Below, piece after piece: positions 48,546 to 61,031 of a DNA stretch of 64,000 nucleotides. The notes beneath the pieces were generated by a model. That model was not told where the DNA came from, ran no database searches, and saw nothing but the letters and a program-made list of their open reading frames with translations. Position 1 is the stretch's first letter; every line of letters begins with the position of its first letter. The stretch is taken from contig NC_043000.1 in the NCBI RefSeq assembly GCF_006345805.1, forward strand, positions 57,536,001-57,600,000, written 5' to 3'. A program made the position numbers and the translations under genes. The stretch is from Octopus sinensis. Lineage: Eukaryota.

Positions 48546-48940
48546 TGGTATTTTATTGATCTTTTAATTTTAATATTTCTATTATATGTAATTTTCATAT
48601 AATTAGAAATATTAAAATTAAAATATCAATACCAATGATTAAGTAAATTGCAAAAAAATGATAAAAATGTATATAATTGGTACAAATTATATACGTTTTT
48701 ATTATTATTTTGCAATTTACTTAATCATTGGTATTTTATTGTTATTTTAATTTTAATATTTCTATTATATGTAATTTTCAAATGGTGTAATTTAATAGTT
48801 CATTTTGAATTGATAAAAGGTGGTTCTTTCTAATTTTTTATATATATATATATATTATATTGCGTGAACTTTGATTTAGTATTTCTAAATTGAATTTTTT
48901 ACCCTGTAAGTTAGGATTAATATTCCCTCAAATAATAATA
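48546..48940. repeat. Nested AT-rich fold-back structure joined to a copy of the 723-885 repeat
   Basis: Hairpin 48562-48588/48596-48623; larger arms ~48597-48678/48684-48770; direct repeat 48546-48597/48729-48780. Confidence 0.75.
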
Positions 48941-50663
48941 AGGCCCGACTGTTGTGTTAAGAAATTTACTTTTTAGCCATGTGGTTTGAGTTCAGTCCCA
49001 CAGGATGAGACTTGGGTGTCTTCTATTATAGCTCTGAGCTGACCAATACTTAGTGAGTGAATTTGGTAGATGGAAACTGTATAAGGCTCACCATATGTTT
49101 GAATGTTTGTGTGTGTGGTTTCGTTTAATGTCCACTTTTGCGTGATTGCATGGGTCTGATGGAATTTGCTGAGGCAAATTATTTATGACAGGATGCCCTT
49201 CCTGTTACCAACCCTCACGTGTTTCCAAACAAGGTAATAATTCTTCATAACCAGGTGTTTGCATGTGTGAATAGCATCCTTGTGTGCTTCTCTAGAAAAA
49301 TGAACTTGGCTACAAATGGTGATGTTTGTTGACATTTCCTATAAATAAATTGTCCACCACTTCTGCACTTTCAAAGAGGAGTGGAATGAAAAGTCCTGTA
49401 TTTGAAAAACAGGTAAGGCTTAGTGACAGGAAGGGCATCAAGCTGTAAACAATGCCCCAATAATATGTATTTGTCTAACTCATGCTATTATGGAAAAAAA
49501 GGAAGTAAAACATATAAATGAACATATATGTATGTGTATGTGTGTGTGTTATTGTCATTGTGCTTGACAACTGATATTCATGTCCCTGTAAATTAATAGT
49601 TTGGCAAAATATGGACCCATGGAATGATTTGATTGGTTAAACTCTTCAAAGCAGTATCCTGGCAAGGTCACAGTTCAATGATTGAAACCAGTACAATAGT
49701 AATTTAAAGAGACACACATAAACAACAAACACTATACAAGTTATGTATTCTGTTTGATGATATAAAAGACACATGAGCATGATAGACACAACCTAACATC
49801 AGCAGAGCATGTTCAAGAAAAAATAGTTTTTAAAACATTAATGCTTATGGGAGGCCCAACTTTTGCATATAAAACCCAAGGTGATTGTTTTTGAGACATT
49901 ATTTTGAAAATGCAGTGCATTTTATATGCCATCAAATACAGTATTTAATGCCTGCATCATTAAAAAGCTAACAAGAAATATGCAGTGAGTAAAGCAATAT
50001 TGGATATTGCCTAATACTGTTTTTATAGCAGGAAGTATGGGAGACAATTCTGAAGATGTTTGGGTATTATTCTGATCTCCTCAGCAAAACACAACCATCA
50101 GTGCATTACCTGTCCTTGATTTAGGCATTGCATGTCTAAGAGTACATTGACTCACCCTTTCTCAAGCAATAAATAATTTGAGGGATCAATGGCTACTATT
50201 TCCATAAGCTAGGCAACCATATGGAAGTTTGCTCTTTACCTTGAACTGATCTAAGTTTCCTCAGCCTGTGATGTTAAGCTCAAATTCTGTCAAGAGCATC
50301 ATCATCATCATTGTTGTCATTTAACGTCTGCTTTCCATGCTGGCATGGGTTGGACGGTTTGACTGAGGACTGGCAAGCCAGGAAGCTGTACCAGGCTCCA
50401 ATCTGATCCGGCAAAGTTTCAATGGCTGGATGCCCTTCCTAATGCTAACCACTCCAAGAGTGTAGTTGGTGCTTTTTACATGCCACCGGCACGAGGGCCA
50501 GTCTGGCAGTACTGGCATTGACCATGCTTGAATAGTGCTTTTTACGTACCACTAGCACAACCTATACTTGACTACTTTGATATGTTTTAACATACCAAGA
50601 AGTTTTTCAGTAAATAAAGAGGAAAGATGCACATACAGAAGGGTAAAATATAATGGAACTTAC

Positions 50664-50717
50664 CAAGTTTAGCATCAATAATAATATCAGGCTGGAATAC
50701 AATCCAATTATCTGAAT
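50664..50717 (-). CDS. RMC1: RMC1 coding exon
   Basis: TTACAG|...|GTAAGT, phase 1-1; (Y)SDNWIVFQPDIIIDAKL(G) vs human YSSSWIVFQPDIIISASQG. Confidence 0.93.
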
Positions 50718-50839
50718 CTGTAATTTGTTAAGAAAAAACTAACAGAAACAACAGAGAGAAAAAAGAAAAAAGAAAAAGGGTAATCTTAAAAAAAAAATAT
50801 TGTTTTCTAGCACAAGCAATAAAATTCTAAATCTGGATT

Positions 50840-51110
50840 AAGTGTATCCCAAGACTTTATTCACAGTAGATCCGTACTTTGGTGGTGCGTCGGATCTCAG
50901 ATCTTGACCAGAGTCATGCATTGAGTCGGTTGAAGGCTTGGCGAGCGAGGTCGATTTGTGTTTTAATGTCAGCCTCACCTTGACCTGTAGCTGTAATGAT
51001 GGCACCAAGGTATTTGAAACTCTCAACCTCTTCAAGAATATCACCATTGAGGACAATGGGTGTCCAATCAGTTCTATACTTAAAAATATAATAAATTCTG
51101 CTTGTCATGA
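50840..51110 (-). mobile_element. RTE-like RT fragment
   Basis: ORF 50914-51108: LEEVESFKYLGAIIT..G..DIKTQIDLARQAFNRL. Confidence 0.65.
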
Positions 51111-52684
51111 TGTGTTCAAGTGTTATGCTTTAAGCAACCTTAACTATGGAGTGAAATCAAAAGACATATTTGAAATTTCTAACATAATAAACAAGTTCAA
51201 GTGTGATACTTTAATCTGTTTGACACCAATCTGACAAAACTGCCCCAAGTTGTATGATACAACCTTTCTGTTTTAAAGAGATCTAATTTCAAACCTTCTA
51301 TCAAAATTTCATGTGAATTTATATTTCAAAAATTATCTTCGTAATGACACAATTATTTTACAAAATTCTTCATTATTTCCAAAATTAACTGAAACAAAAG
51401 CAGTGTATTGTAACAGAAATATGTTAATGAAAGAGTTAAACAACCTTAACTAAGGAATTAAATCAAAGACATAATCAAAATCTTTAACATAATGAAATGG
51501 TGTCACCAAGATCTATGAATTTAAGTATCAAAGCAAAAATAAGAACATTTATAAAATGTGGACTTTCTGCAGTTCTTGTGAATGTTAATCAATATTAGAT
51601 TTTAAGCTTGAAAAAATAACTATAAACCAGCAGTGCTGGTGCCATGTAAAAAGCACCCAGTCCACTCTGCAGGGTGGTTGGTATTAGGAAGGGTATCCAA
51701 CTAAAAACCAGGCCAAAACAGACTTTGCCAGTGCTGGTGCCATGTAAAAAACATCCAGTCTACTCTGTAAAGTGGTTGACATTAAGAAGAGCATCATCAT
51801 TTAATGTCTGCCTTGCCTTTTGATATGGGTTGGACAGTTTGACAGGAGCTGGCCAGGCAGGAGCCTGTACCTGACTCCTATGTCTGTTTTGGCACGGTTT
51901 TAACAGCTGGATGCCCTTAACACCAACCACCCAGCAGAGTGGACAGAGTGCTTTTTACATAGCACAAGCACAAGCAAAAACCATGCCAAAACAGATAATG
52001 GAGCTTTGGTGCAGTTTTCTGGCTCTCCAGCTTCAGTCAAGCCATACAACCCATACCAACATGGAAAACAGATGTGAAACTATGATGATGATAGAGATGG
52101 ATATTGTTGACCGAGGTGATTCCATCCTAATACATTCATCATGATCAAGTTCCCAGTCATTAGAGTACCACTCTAGAGGCTTTTGCACTGGTTTCTGTTA
52201 CATGTGCTTATTTGAGAAATTCTTAAGAAATGGCAGAGGAAGTTGATTTCAGAAGTAACAGAACTTGAAATAGACAGAAGATTGTAAATATTTAATCTGC
52301 TGTTTTTTTTCACCTTATGTTAGAATTTTTTAGGATGATCTACAATTAAAAGTGTGATAGAATGTGATCTAGTGATTAGGGTATTGTACTCATGATAGTA
52401 AGATCATGGTTTTAATTACCAGACTGGGCTGTGCATTGTGTTCTTGAACAAAATTATTTTATGTTGCTCCAATTCACTCAGCTATAAATGAATATACCAG
52501 CAATATTTAGGAAGTGAACTCTGCAACACCTGTGTCCTGTTCAAGGCGAGTGTTGTAATCATATAGTTACTTATATGCCATGCAGACTGGATTAGGGTCT
52601 AGTCTTATGAGTCCTAGAGCACATGACAGACATAAAATAAAAAGGGGCAAGCTATATAAAAGAAAAAACTTCAGAAAAGGATAC

Positions 52685-52735
52685 ATAATTCAAAAGTGTA
52701 TTCTGTCTTCTCTGTTCCAACTGGAAGACTGGGAG
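52685..52735 (-). CDS. RMC1: RMC1 coding exon (51 nt)
   Basis: TCTTTACAG|...|GTATCC, phase 1-1; (A)PSLPVGTEKTEYTFEL(Y). Completes the frame between the flanking exons; sequence similarity to human is weak. Confidence 0.78.
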
Positions 52736-54036
52736 CTGTAAAGAAGAGGCAGAGACAGCATTAAGTAGAAAACAGCAAAAATGTAAAATCACAAACTGGT
52801 AACTGTAAACAGACATAGCTTCATACAAAATAAAAGAATGAAATTACTAAAAGAATTGGTTATTTTAAACTTCCTGTATTATTAATTTATTTTCCATTTA
52901 TAAAAGAATATCTATTAGGGTTTTCATGTTTAATCTATGATATATCTCAACTGTATATTTATTTTATTTTATCTAGTTTCAGCTCACAAGCTGTGGCCAT
53001 GCTGGGGCACCACCATATCATTTTTACCATTTTATAACTTTCCATGCTGGATACCTTTTCTATCACAGACCCTTTCAATGTAATTTTATGATGTGTAGGG
53101 GCACAGTGTATCTACTCTGAAAGTGGGATATATGAACATTTATATAAAAAATAAGATATTGTCTTTTCTACCAGCTGGTGTAGTGCCACAGAGATTAATA
53201 AACTGATATACATTAAGTACCTGCTGAAGAACTTCCCAAGTCTATCACCATTTTAACAGGTTTCAAAGAGTGATAGGCAGTAGTATTTGAACTCAGAATA
53301 TACAGTAGAGAACTAAAAAAAAACAGCTGCATTAAAAATAGCAGTAGAAATCACATTCTACCATAAAAAAAAAACTAAAAAAATTGTGTGTAGTGTATTC
53401 TTAGATATATTAAAAGTCAAAATAGTTTTAACTGAAACATCTTTTCTTGCAGGTCTGCTTGAAAAGAGCCGACTTGGGGGTTCAACAAAGGCAGGTATTT
53501 GAAAACCAGTGCTTGGCTCTGGTTTCATTGGGTGAAGTGGAATGACAAATTTATCGGTAGAGAAGAGGTCAGTCTCTCATAGGCAAATATCTCCATATGA
53601 TTTAGTATCATCTTTCAACAGCTAGGTGAAATGAAGTAATGTAGGTAGAATAAAATGTTCTTGACAGAAATCAATGAAATAAATGTAGCATTGGAAAACA
53701 AAAAAAAAAAAAAAACACTGTTGGCAATAGAGAAAATGAAATAAAAAAAGACATTAAAATGACAACATAAATAATGAAGGATTTTCACATTATAAATTAT
53801 AGGCTATTATTTTGTGGAATAAGATATATGGGTGGCACGTAAAAGCACCCATTACACTCTCAGAATAGCTGACATTAGGAAGGGCATCCAGCTGTAGAAC
53901 CATGTCAAATCAGACTGGAGTCTGGTGCAGGCAGCCTTCCAGCTTTCTAGCCCTGGTCAAACTGTCCAACTCATGCTAACATGGACAATGGAAATTAAAT
54001 GATGATGAAGAATGGATAAAAAGTAAGAAGACTTAC

Positions 54037-54151
54037 CAGGTGGTAGAAACAAACGGAAAGGCTTAATTGGTAGTGGTGAGAGAACAGGGTGATGACACAT
54101 TATATAGTTATCAGATTCTCCAGGAAGGTTGATATCAAATATCATTGAAGT
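54037..54151 (-). CDS. RMC1: RMC1 coding exon
   Basis: TTGTAG|...|GTAAGT, phase 0-1; TSMIFDINLPGESDNYIMCHHPVLSPLPIKPF vs human TSVIFDIKLRGEFDGSVTFHHPVLPARSIQPY. Confidence 0.92.
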
Positions 54152-54189
54152 CTACAACAATAGAAAGAATAATAATTACATATAATCAA

Positions 54190-54460
54190 ACAGTGTGGTT
54201 AAGAGCGTGGGCTACTAACCCCAAGATTCCGAGTTTGATTCCAGGCAGTGACCTGAATATTAATAATAATAATAATAATAACAACAAACATCGAAAAATA
54301 CCTTAGGAACGAGAACCCAGGTTCAAAATTTCCTCAAGACAGCTGATGAAGGCTGGAGAGTATATCAGCCGAAACGTGTTAACAACAAACAAGATGAGGA
54401 CAAATTTCTGTCAATTGTAAATAATGTACATAATTCCTCATCTCTTAAATATAAAACTGT
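54190..54460 (+). mobile_element. tRNA-headed SINE-like element carrying a hammerhead core
   Basis: A-box GTGTGGTTAAGAG, anticodon-like arm and B-box GAGTTTGATTCC (54191-54253); (AAT)n linker; then CTGATGA-A-GGCTG..CAGCC-GAAAC-GT. Confidence 0.7.
54338..54381 (+). ncRNA. Minimal type-I hammerhead-like motif, apparently degenerate in this copy
   Basis: CTGATGA 54343-49, stem II GGCTG(54351-55)/CAGCC(54366-70), GAAA 54371-74, palindromic stem III ACGT. Position 17 is G and stem I pairs poorly. Confidence 0.6.
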
Positions 54461-55018
54461 AGTATGTATGCAAGTTAACTGCCATTTTTGCCTTCAGGAG
54501 AGTTGGGGGAGGGAACTTGATAAAATAACTTTATTTAAATACTGGGCTGAAATAAATTGATCATACACTTGAAGGTAGTACCATAGGGATTAGATCTATA
54601 CAATTCCTTTTATTAGATCTAATCCCCATTTGTGTGTGGTGGTGGTGGTGCTTATTTTGTACTTGGTTGAATAGATAAACTATTGGATTACCTATCAATT
54701 ATTTTCATTAGTTCTGATTCCAAATTTGCTAAATGCATGTTGTTGTGTATCTGGGAAGAACACTTTATATGACTTCAGTTTACCTGGCTGTCAGGAACAG
54801 ACACCATATAATTTAAGAATGTTATCAGTAATAGACCAGCATGCTACTGAAGAGGGGATTTATGAAGCATTTGCTTAATGCCATGAAACTAGACTCTTAC
54901 AGGATTTAAACAAAGTAGACCAAGGATTGTAGGTTAACATATTGCTGTCTATAAACTAAGGCTGGTTCTGACATAGCTTTTACTTAAGATGTTAATAAGC
55001 AGAATCTAAAATACTTAC

Positions 55019-55124
55019 ACGAGAAGCTTGGTGGTGAACAATTATCAAATTGTCTACTGTATTCACAGCAAAACGACCACTCATATCGAGGCGTAATATA
55101 TTGGTTTTCTTAGCTGGACTTTCT
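55019..55124 (-). CDS. RMC1: RMC1 coding exon
   Basis: TTGCAG|...|GTAAGT, phase 2-0; ESPAKKTNILRLDMSGRFAVNTVDNLIIVHHQASR vs human EGACKKMHILKLNRTGKFALNVVDNLVVVHHQ. Confidence 0.93.
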
Positions 55125-56403
55125 CTGCAAAGTTTGAAATTATAGATAGATTTAAAGGTCAAAATATTAACAAAAGAATAAAAAGCAATTTTATTAAAAT
55201 TCTTACTTAGAACAGAAGTTATAGGTGCATTTAGTATAAAAGTATTCAAATATTGGTTCAGGAATGGCCATGTAGTTAATAAATTTGAACACACAGCATG
55301 GCACTTTGGACAATCTCTTTTCTTTTAGCCATGGGCCAAAACAAGCCTTGTGAATGAAATTAAATAGAAGTAAAATTTGTGAAAGACCATCCCTTCTTGG
55401 ATGGGAGACTTAATTTGTAGCCCAGTTTAACATCATTCTTGGGTACCTTTAGCGGAATCTATTCTAGTCCAAATATTAGGACTCTATTTTTCGTCTGAGT
55501 ATAACTTGACATACTGTATTTTCTGGCATGCAAATCAAATTTTTCAGACCAAAATCTACAATCAAAAAGAGTAGGTCAACTTATACACCAAGACAACTTT
55601 GGTGGACTGAAAATTCCATGTGAAATGCAGCAGGATTTGAAAAGATAGCGACATTATTTGAATATTTACACTGCACGTTTACACTATGTGTTACATTGAC
55701 TTGTATGCTTGAAAATACAGTATTGATGCGGTTTCACAGTGCAGTAACTCAATAATCAAAGTTTCCTCCTCTCTTCTCCTCCACAAGTCACAGAAGCCTT
55801 GCAAAAACAGTAGTTACTCACTATTCTCTGAGTAAGCTATAAATTTTTAAAAAAAATTATTGTCTAACATAGTCAAGTTGAGTCTTCCCTTCAAACCCTT
55901 AGTCTACCAATAAACAATGTCTTGATTATAATCTGCAAATTAAGGTCAAATCATCATCCATTATGATGTTGTCACTATTGTGTGCGCTATCTTTTCAACT
56001 AATAGTATAATGGCTAGTGCTCCTTTTCTCTGAAGTCGGAAGAAGAGTTGGGGGAAAAAATGCTGAGATTAGTTATTAAGCTAATCATAATGTTTACACT
56101 GTATAGTGAACAAAATAGAAAACTAGAAGTGAGTAAATGACTTATGAAAACTATTCTGGCCATGTATAAAGAAATCAAAAATACAGATATTAATGACATG
56201 ATGTACCTATGGGACCTTCTGTTTACCAACAAACTGGGTTTCTTTTTCAAACTAATTTGAACTTTGTAGCTTGGAAAAGTAGCCCTTTTTAAAAATTATT
56301 CAGTTTTGAGAGAAAAACTGCAACCATGCACTTTGTAGGTTGATGCCTGTAGAAAATCATGGTGAAAGGAAATTGAAGAGTTTTTTTTTAGTTCTAAAGA
56401 TGA

Positions 56404-56534
56404 ATGCTTGGGAAAAGTTGTCTAAAGTATGGATTTACAGGTGTAAGATACAGTGAGGATGATAAGGAGATGCTTGGGAAAAGTGTCTAAAGTATGGATT
56501 TACAGGTGTAAGATACAGTGTGGATGATAAGGAG
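56404..56534. repeat. ~65-bp tandem duplication
   Basis: ATGCTTGGGAAAAGT..GATAAGGAG occurs twice in tandem. Confidence 0.9.
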
Positions 56535-56569
56535 ATGTAGGTACATCAAATAAGCCAAAATATAAGTGA

Positions 56570-57400
56570 TACACAGCTTTTCAGTTAAGAACGGGTAAAG
56601 TTCATTGTAATAGCTATAGACACGGAATTTCCATGAAGCAATGGTTGCAGTGTGTTGATGACTGAGTTTTTACTATTTGACCTGATGAGCTAATTAGCCT
56701 GATGCAGTACAGGATATCATGATGTGTAACAAAAACATCTACCAAGTATTTCAATATGAGTTATACTTGAGCTTTTGATAACTGATGAAAACTGAAGCAT
56801 TTTCTAAGACTGAAGTGAAAAGCATTGATACACTAATTTAGTAAATGGTATATATTTGAGGTTGCCATGATGGATCAGACATTTTGAAATGACTTTGAAG
56901 TTTTTGACTCTGTGTACTTCATGTTCGGGCATAAGGAGTGAGTACAAAACTGTTTCTTTGGTTCATGTAGTAGCTGTGTCTTTGAACTATGTTATCTGAT
57001 GCTTTTGGAAGATGGTACCAAGGTCCCTGCTCAAGGAAACTGCAAGTCAAGTATGAAATGTCTAGATTAAGTGTAGATGAAGCTGAAAAGTTCATCTACA
57101 CATTTTAGTGCATCTACATTTGATGAACTTAGCTAAAGTTAAGGAAGAGTGAAGGGTGTTATCACATGATTAGAAGTGGCAACAACTAGGTCATTAATAT
57201 ACAGAAAGATGTGTGTGGGAAACAATTGAATCATGGGGAACAGAAAATTGATAGAATATATGTTGGAAAGAGCTCAGTTATGCATAGTGCAATGGAGAAA
57301 ACTGACAAGCTACTTTCAATCACACATTCATTGAAAGCAATGCTGATGTCTAAGACAACATTGTTTTCATTGAAGTTCTCAAGAGAAAAACCCTACTGAT
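56570..57400 (-). mobile_element. Very decayed LINE RT fragment (Jockey/CR1-like)
   Basis: Weak minus-strand motifs VLDISIAF (cf. LDISKAFD) and DNTLHSS (cf. ADDTTLH), with many stops. Confidence 0.4.
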
Positions 57401-57947
57401 ATACAATGTAGTTCTCTCATAAATTTGGTTCTCTTTAAACCATACTAATGTTCACATAGAATGAAAAGAAACAAAAAACAATAAAGAGGTAAGAATTCAA
57501 TATTGTGTAAATATTAAGCATATACAAAGTAAAGCGAACTAAAACTTAGTAAACAACATGCAAAAAAAAAACTAACATTCTCACTATGGACTGAATAACA
57601 TGAACTGCATTTATCTCTAGAACTAAGAAACTCTCATTAATTTCCTTCCATGAACTGCTCAAGTGTTTCTTGGAAACAGCTAAGTTCTGTCAGCTAGATG
57701 ATATGATATAAATAGTACTAAGGTAGAGTGTTAATAAAAGATTTCTTTGTAGGGCAGTCCTTGGTTTTTTTAATGATAATGAATACAAATGTTCTATGGA
57801 TATACTACAGGAGAGTTTAGAGAAGGGGAGTTGATGCAATATTGAGATATATGGAAAGATGCTAACACATCCAAAATGTGACAGCATAAAAAAGTAGGCA
57901 TTAAATAATAAAGAAGGAAACACTGATGATAAAATAGAAGAACTTAC

Positions 57948-58034
57948 TTCTGAAGTTGATACAGTACTATTTCAGCACCAGCACTGCCACCACGTGGCTG
58001 ATGCCGTAACACTATTATATACACTATGCCATAC
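57948..58034 (-). CDS. RMC1: RMC1 coding exon
   Basis: ATACAG|...|GTAAGT, phase 2-2; YGIVYIIVLRHQPRGGSAGAEIVLYQLQ(K) vs human YGQLYVLFLRHHSRTSNSTGAEVVLYHLPR. Confidence 0.93.
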
Positions 58035-58760
58035 CTGTATAACAAAATTATACAAATTATTTACATACATTAAATCATGATTGTGCAAAAAAAATTTTAA
58101 GTGTTTTACTATTTCTTGGGAACTATAATTTATACACATTAACCTTTCAGTATTTAAACTAGCCCATATATGTTCAAACTGGTCAGGTCTGACCTATCAC
58201 ACCTATCCTACAATGTAATTCTAAAAATAACCAATCATCTCAAATCTATGAGATAATGTAGGATTAATTCAAAATAATGTGAATAAATAAGTATTACTGT
58301 TGATAGAGTAATCTAAATACTAAAGTGTTAAGGATAAAATTTTATTCAAAATAAAATGAAAACCATTTCCTAAATTCAAGCCACTTCCAGAGCAATGATT
58401 TTATTCTGTATACAATACACATATATATTTATCCACTTAAAGCATTTATATATATTTCTTTTTCAAATTTTTATTTAGCTAATTCATTTTCTATTAGTAC
58501 CAACACATACTAATTAAACAAATGTGCCAGTTTTAAATGATAAAGCTAATTGATTTACTACAAACTATTATTTCATGAATAATCATTACATTTATGGCAG
58601 CGTGGAAGGTGTTTGTAAGCCATTTAAGAAACACACAAAAGCCGTTCGATTCACTTCAACATTTAAGTTTAATATGTCAAAATATTTTCATTGCTATAAG
58701 ACCGCGACCTGTTCACTGACAAAAATCCGTGCTGCATCTGAGAAAGTAACAGTTAGTTCG

Positions 58761-58792
<32 letters not shown>

Positions 58793-58919
58793 GTGTATGT
58801 ATGTATACACGCATGTATACATGTATGCATGTGTGTATGTATGTATGTACGTACGCCTGTGTGTATGTATGTGTGTATGTATGTATGTATGTGTATATGC
58901 ACGCACATACACACTATAA

Positions 58920-60324
58920 ACTTAAAGCTATAAACCTGTAGTGATAGATAGATGTAGACTGACCACTCATCACAACAATATCAAATTTCAACCTCCCCTG
59001 CCGAAACTAGGAAGTGATTTATATTATATATCTCTATTTATAAAACTGAAATGTGAAAAGTTTGTTTGCTTGTTTGACTCGACCGCTTGGATCGCTTTCA
59101 AGGCCACTACATCCCATCGGATTGACTCCAAAATTTACAGGGACATGTACAATAAGGTGACGATGCCCGTGGGCTACGTTAGAAATCCCTATCTTAAAAG
59201 GTGTTGTTGCTAGGGCCAAAAACCCACTTTGACAAGTCCACTCTCAGTCTTTTATGTATCTATCTTCCTCACTCACTCACTCTATTTCCTCCCTTCCCAT
59301 CACTTTCTATATATAACGTTGATTCGTCAAACGGCGTTCTACAGCGCTTTCACACTCTCTCTCTCTACATGTCTGTCTGCATTCATACACACAATTATCA
59401 TCGCCACCACCACCACACAGTTAATAACATTTGATGTTGATAATGCCTGGATTGTTCCATTCAACCCTTTGCTTTCCAAAACATTTAATGCACACATTAA
59501 TGTTGAGTACTGCAGTTCGATGAGATGCATACAATACCTCTGCAAGTACATTAATAAGGGCGATGATATGGCTGTGTTTGTGTTCAGTGATGAAGACCTT
59601 AGACATGATGAAATTAAACAATTCGTTTTGGGTAGGTATGTATCCTCCAATTATGCAGCGTGGCGCATTTTTCGATACGAGATTCATCTAAGCTTACCAT
59701 CAGTTTTCCACCTGAATGTTCATTTACAGAAGAGACAGCTGGTTTACTTCACAGAGAAAAATGCACGTCAAGTCATTGAAAATCCAAAAGGGACTATGCT
59801 TACAGCGTTTTTTAAATTGTGTTCAGTTGATGAGTTTGCTGCTACTCTCATTTACCCTGAAGTACCGGAATATTACACATACAACAACAATAATTGGAAG
59901 CGCAGGTCACATGGAACAGAACTTGACAATTGGCCCGGTGTTTCTAGGAAGAACGTCATTGGGCGTGTGTATAATATTCATCCTACCAAACAGGAAATCT
60001 TTTTTTTGAGAATGCTGCTTCATGTAGTTACTGGACCGAAGTCTTTTGCTGATCTTCGCACGGTTGATGGTATCATCTGCGCCACTTACAGGGAAGCATG
60101 TTTGAGGTGTGGACTACTTCTCAATGACGACCACTTACACAGGACATTAGCAGAGGCCTCAAAATGAAATTAATTTATATATGTGTGTGTGTATTTATAT
60201 ATAAATATGTATATATAATGTATATATACAGAGTGTATATATCTGTATTTATATATAATTTGTATACATTTATATATATATACCACACTCTTACCCGCGC
60301 GTAGAGCGGGTCACCTTCAGCTTG
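58920..60324 (+). mobile_element. Internally deleted Helitron with a RepHel fragment (homologous ORF part ~59430-60167)
   Basis: DNAWIVPFNPLL, AHINVEYC, IQYLCKYINKG, DEIK..GRYVS, IGRVY, FFLRMLL..V.GPKSF.DLRTVDG..TYREAC..GLL are RepHel motifs. 3' hairpin ACCCGC/GCGGGT (60293-60311) followed by CTTG|T. 5' terminus not resolved. Confidence 0.88.
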
Positions 60325-60927
60325 TATAATTATAATTATATTTAAAATTAGAGAAAAGTTTAATTTTATCCACACCTTTATTACTTCATATATAATGAAA
60401 AAATTGATTTAAATAGTTCTGATTTTTCCTTATGATGTCAAATTGTTTTCTTTAGGTAATGTTTATATGAATTCTTTTATTTTACATATGTTTAAGATCA
60501 TATATATTAGGTAGAGACACCCTTTTATACATTGTAGAACTGCAAATTCTAAGATATCCAGCTACAACATTACAAAATTATATATTTTACTTTGAATGTT
60601 AATTTTATGTATCATACATACTACAAAAAATGTGTGAATCTTGCCTTCTAAATATCTATGCTAAGTTCAAGAAAGAGGTGAAGTTTCATTTTTTTATGCT
60701 TAATTTGCGATTACAATTCTCCAAAATGTATGTCTGAAAACCTATCAGTCATTTCACTAACCTTTATGTTTCAGAAATCATTATTGAAACAACTATATAG
60801 ACACCCCAAAACACATATCAGTGTGCATGTAATTATATCTATCTGTTGAAGAAATATGAAAGCTTGTGATGCTTTACTATAACAACTGTTATATTTTACA
60901 GAGATGATAAGTATACATTATACATAC

Positions 60928-61031
60928 AGACAAGCCATAGTCACATCCCGCTGCAGTAAAGTCTGTTTAGCAGGTTTAGGTACGGCTGGAAGGTCTACTT
61001 CAAATTTTGGCAGACGATTTACAGTACTAGG
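60928..61031 (-). CDS. RMC1: RMC1 coding exon
   Basis: TTTTTCAG|...|GTATGT, phase 0-2; PSTVNRLPKFEVDLPAVPKPAKQTLLQRDVTMAC vs human AGTMSKLPKFEIELPAAPKSTKPSLSERDIAMA. Confidence 0.93.

Noticed and set aside
53453-53494. 42-nt plus-strand frame-preserving micro-exon candidate (GLLEKSRLGGSTKA)
   Set aside because: Good AG/GT signals, but no partner exons or homology; cannot be supported without transcripts.
54191-54253. Functional tRNA gene (also the other SINE heads)
   Set aside because: Acceptor stem and D arm are incomplete and the sequence runs into SINE body; treated as a SINE head.
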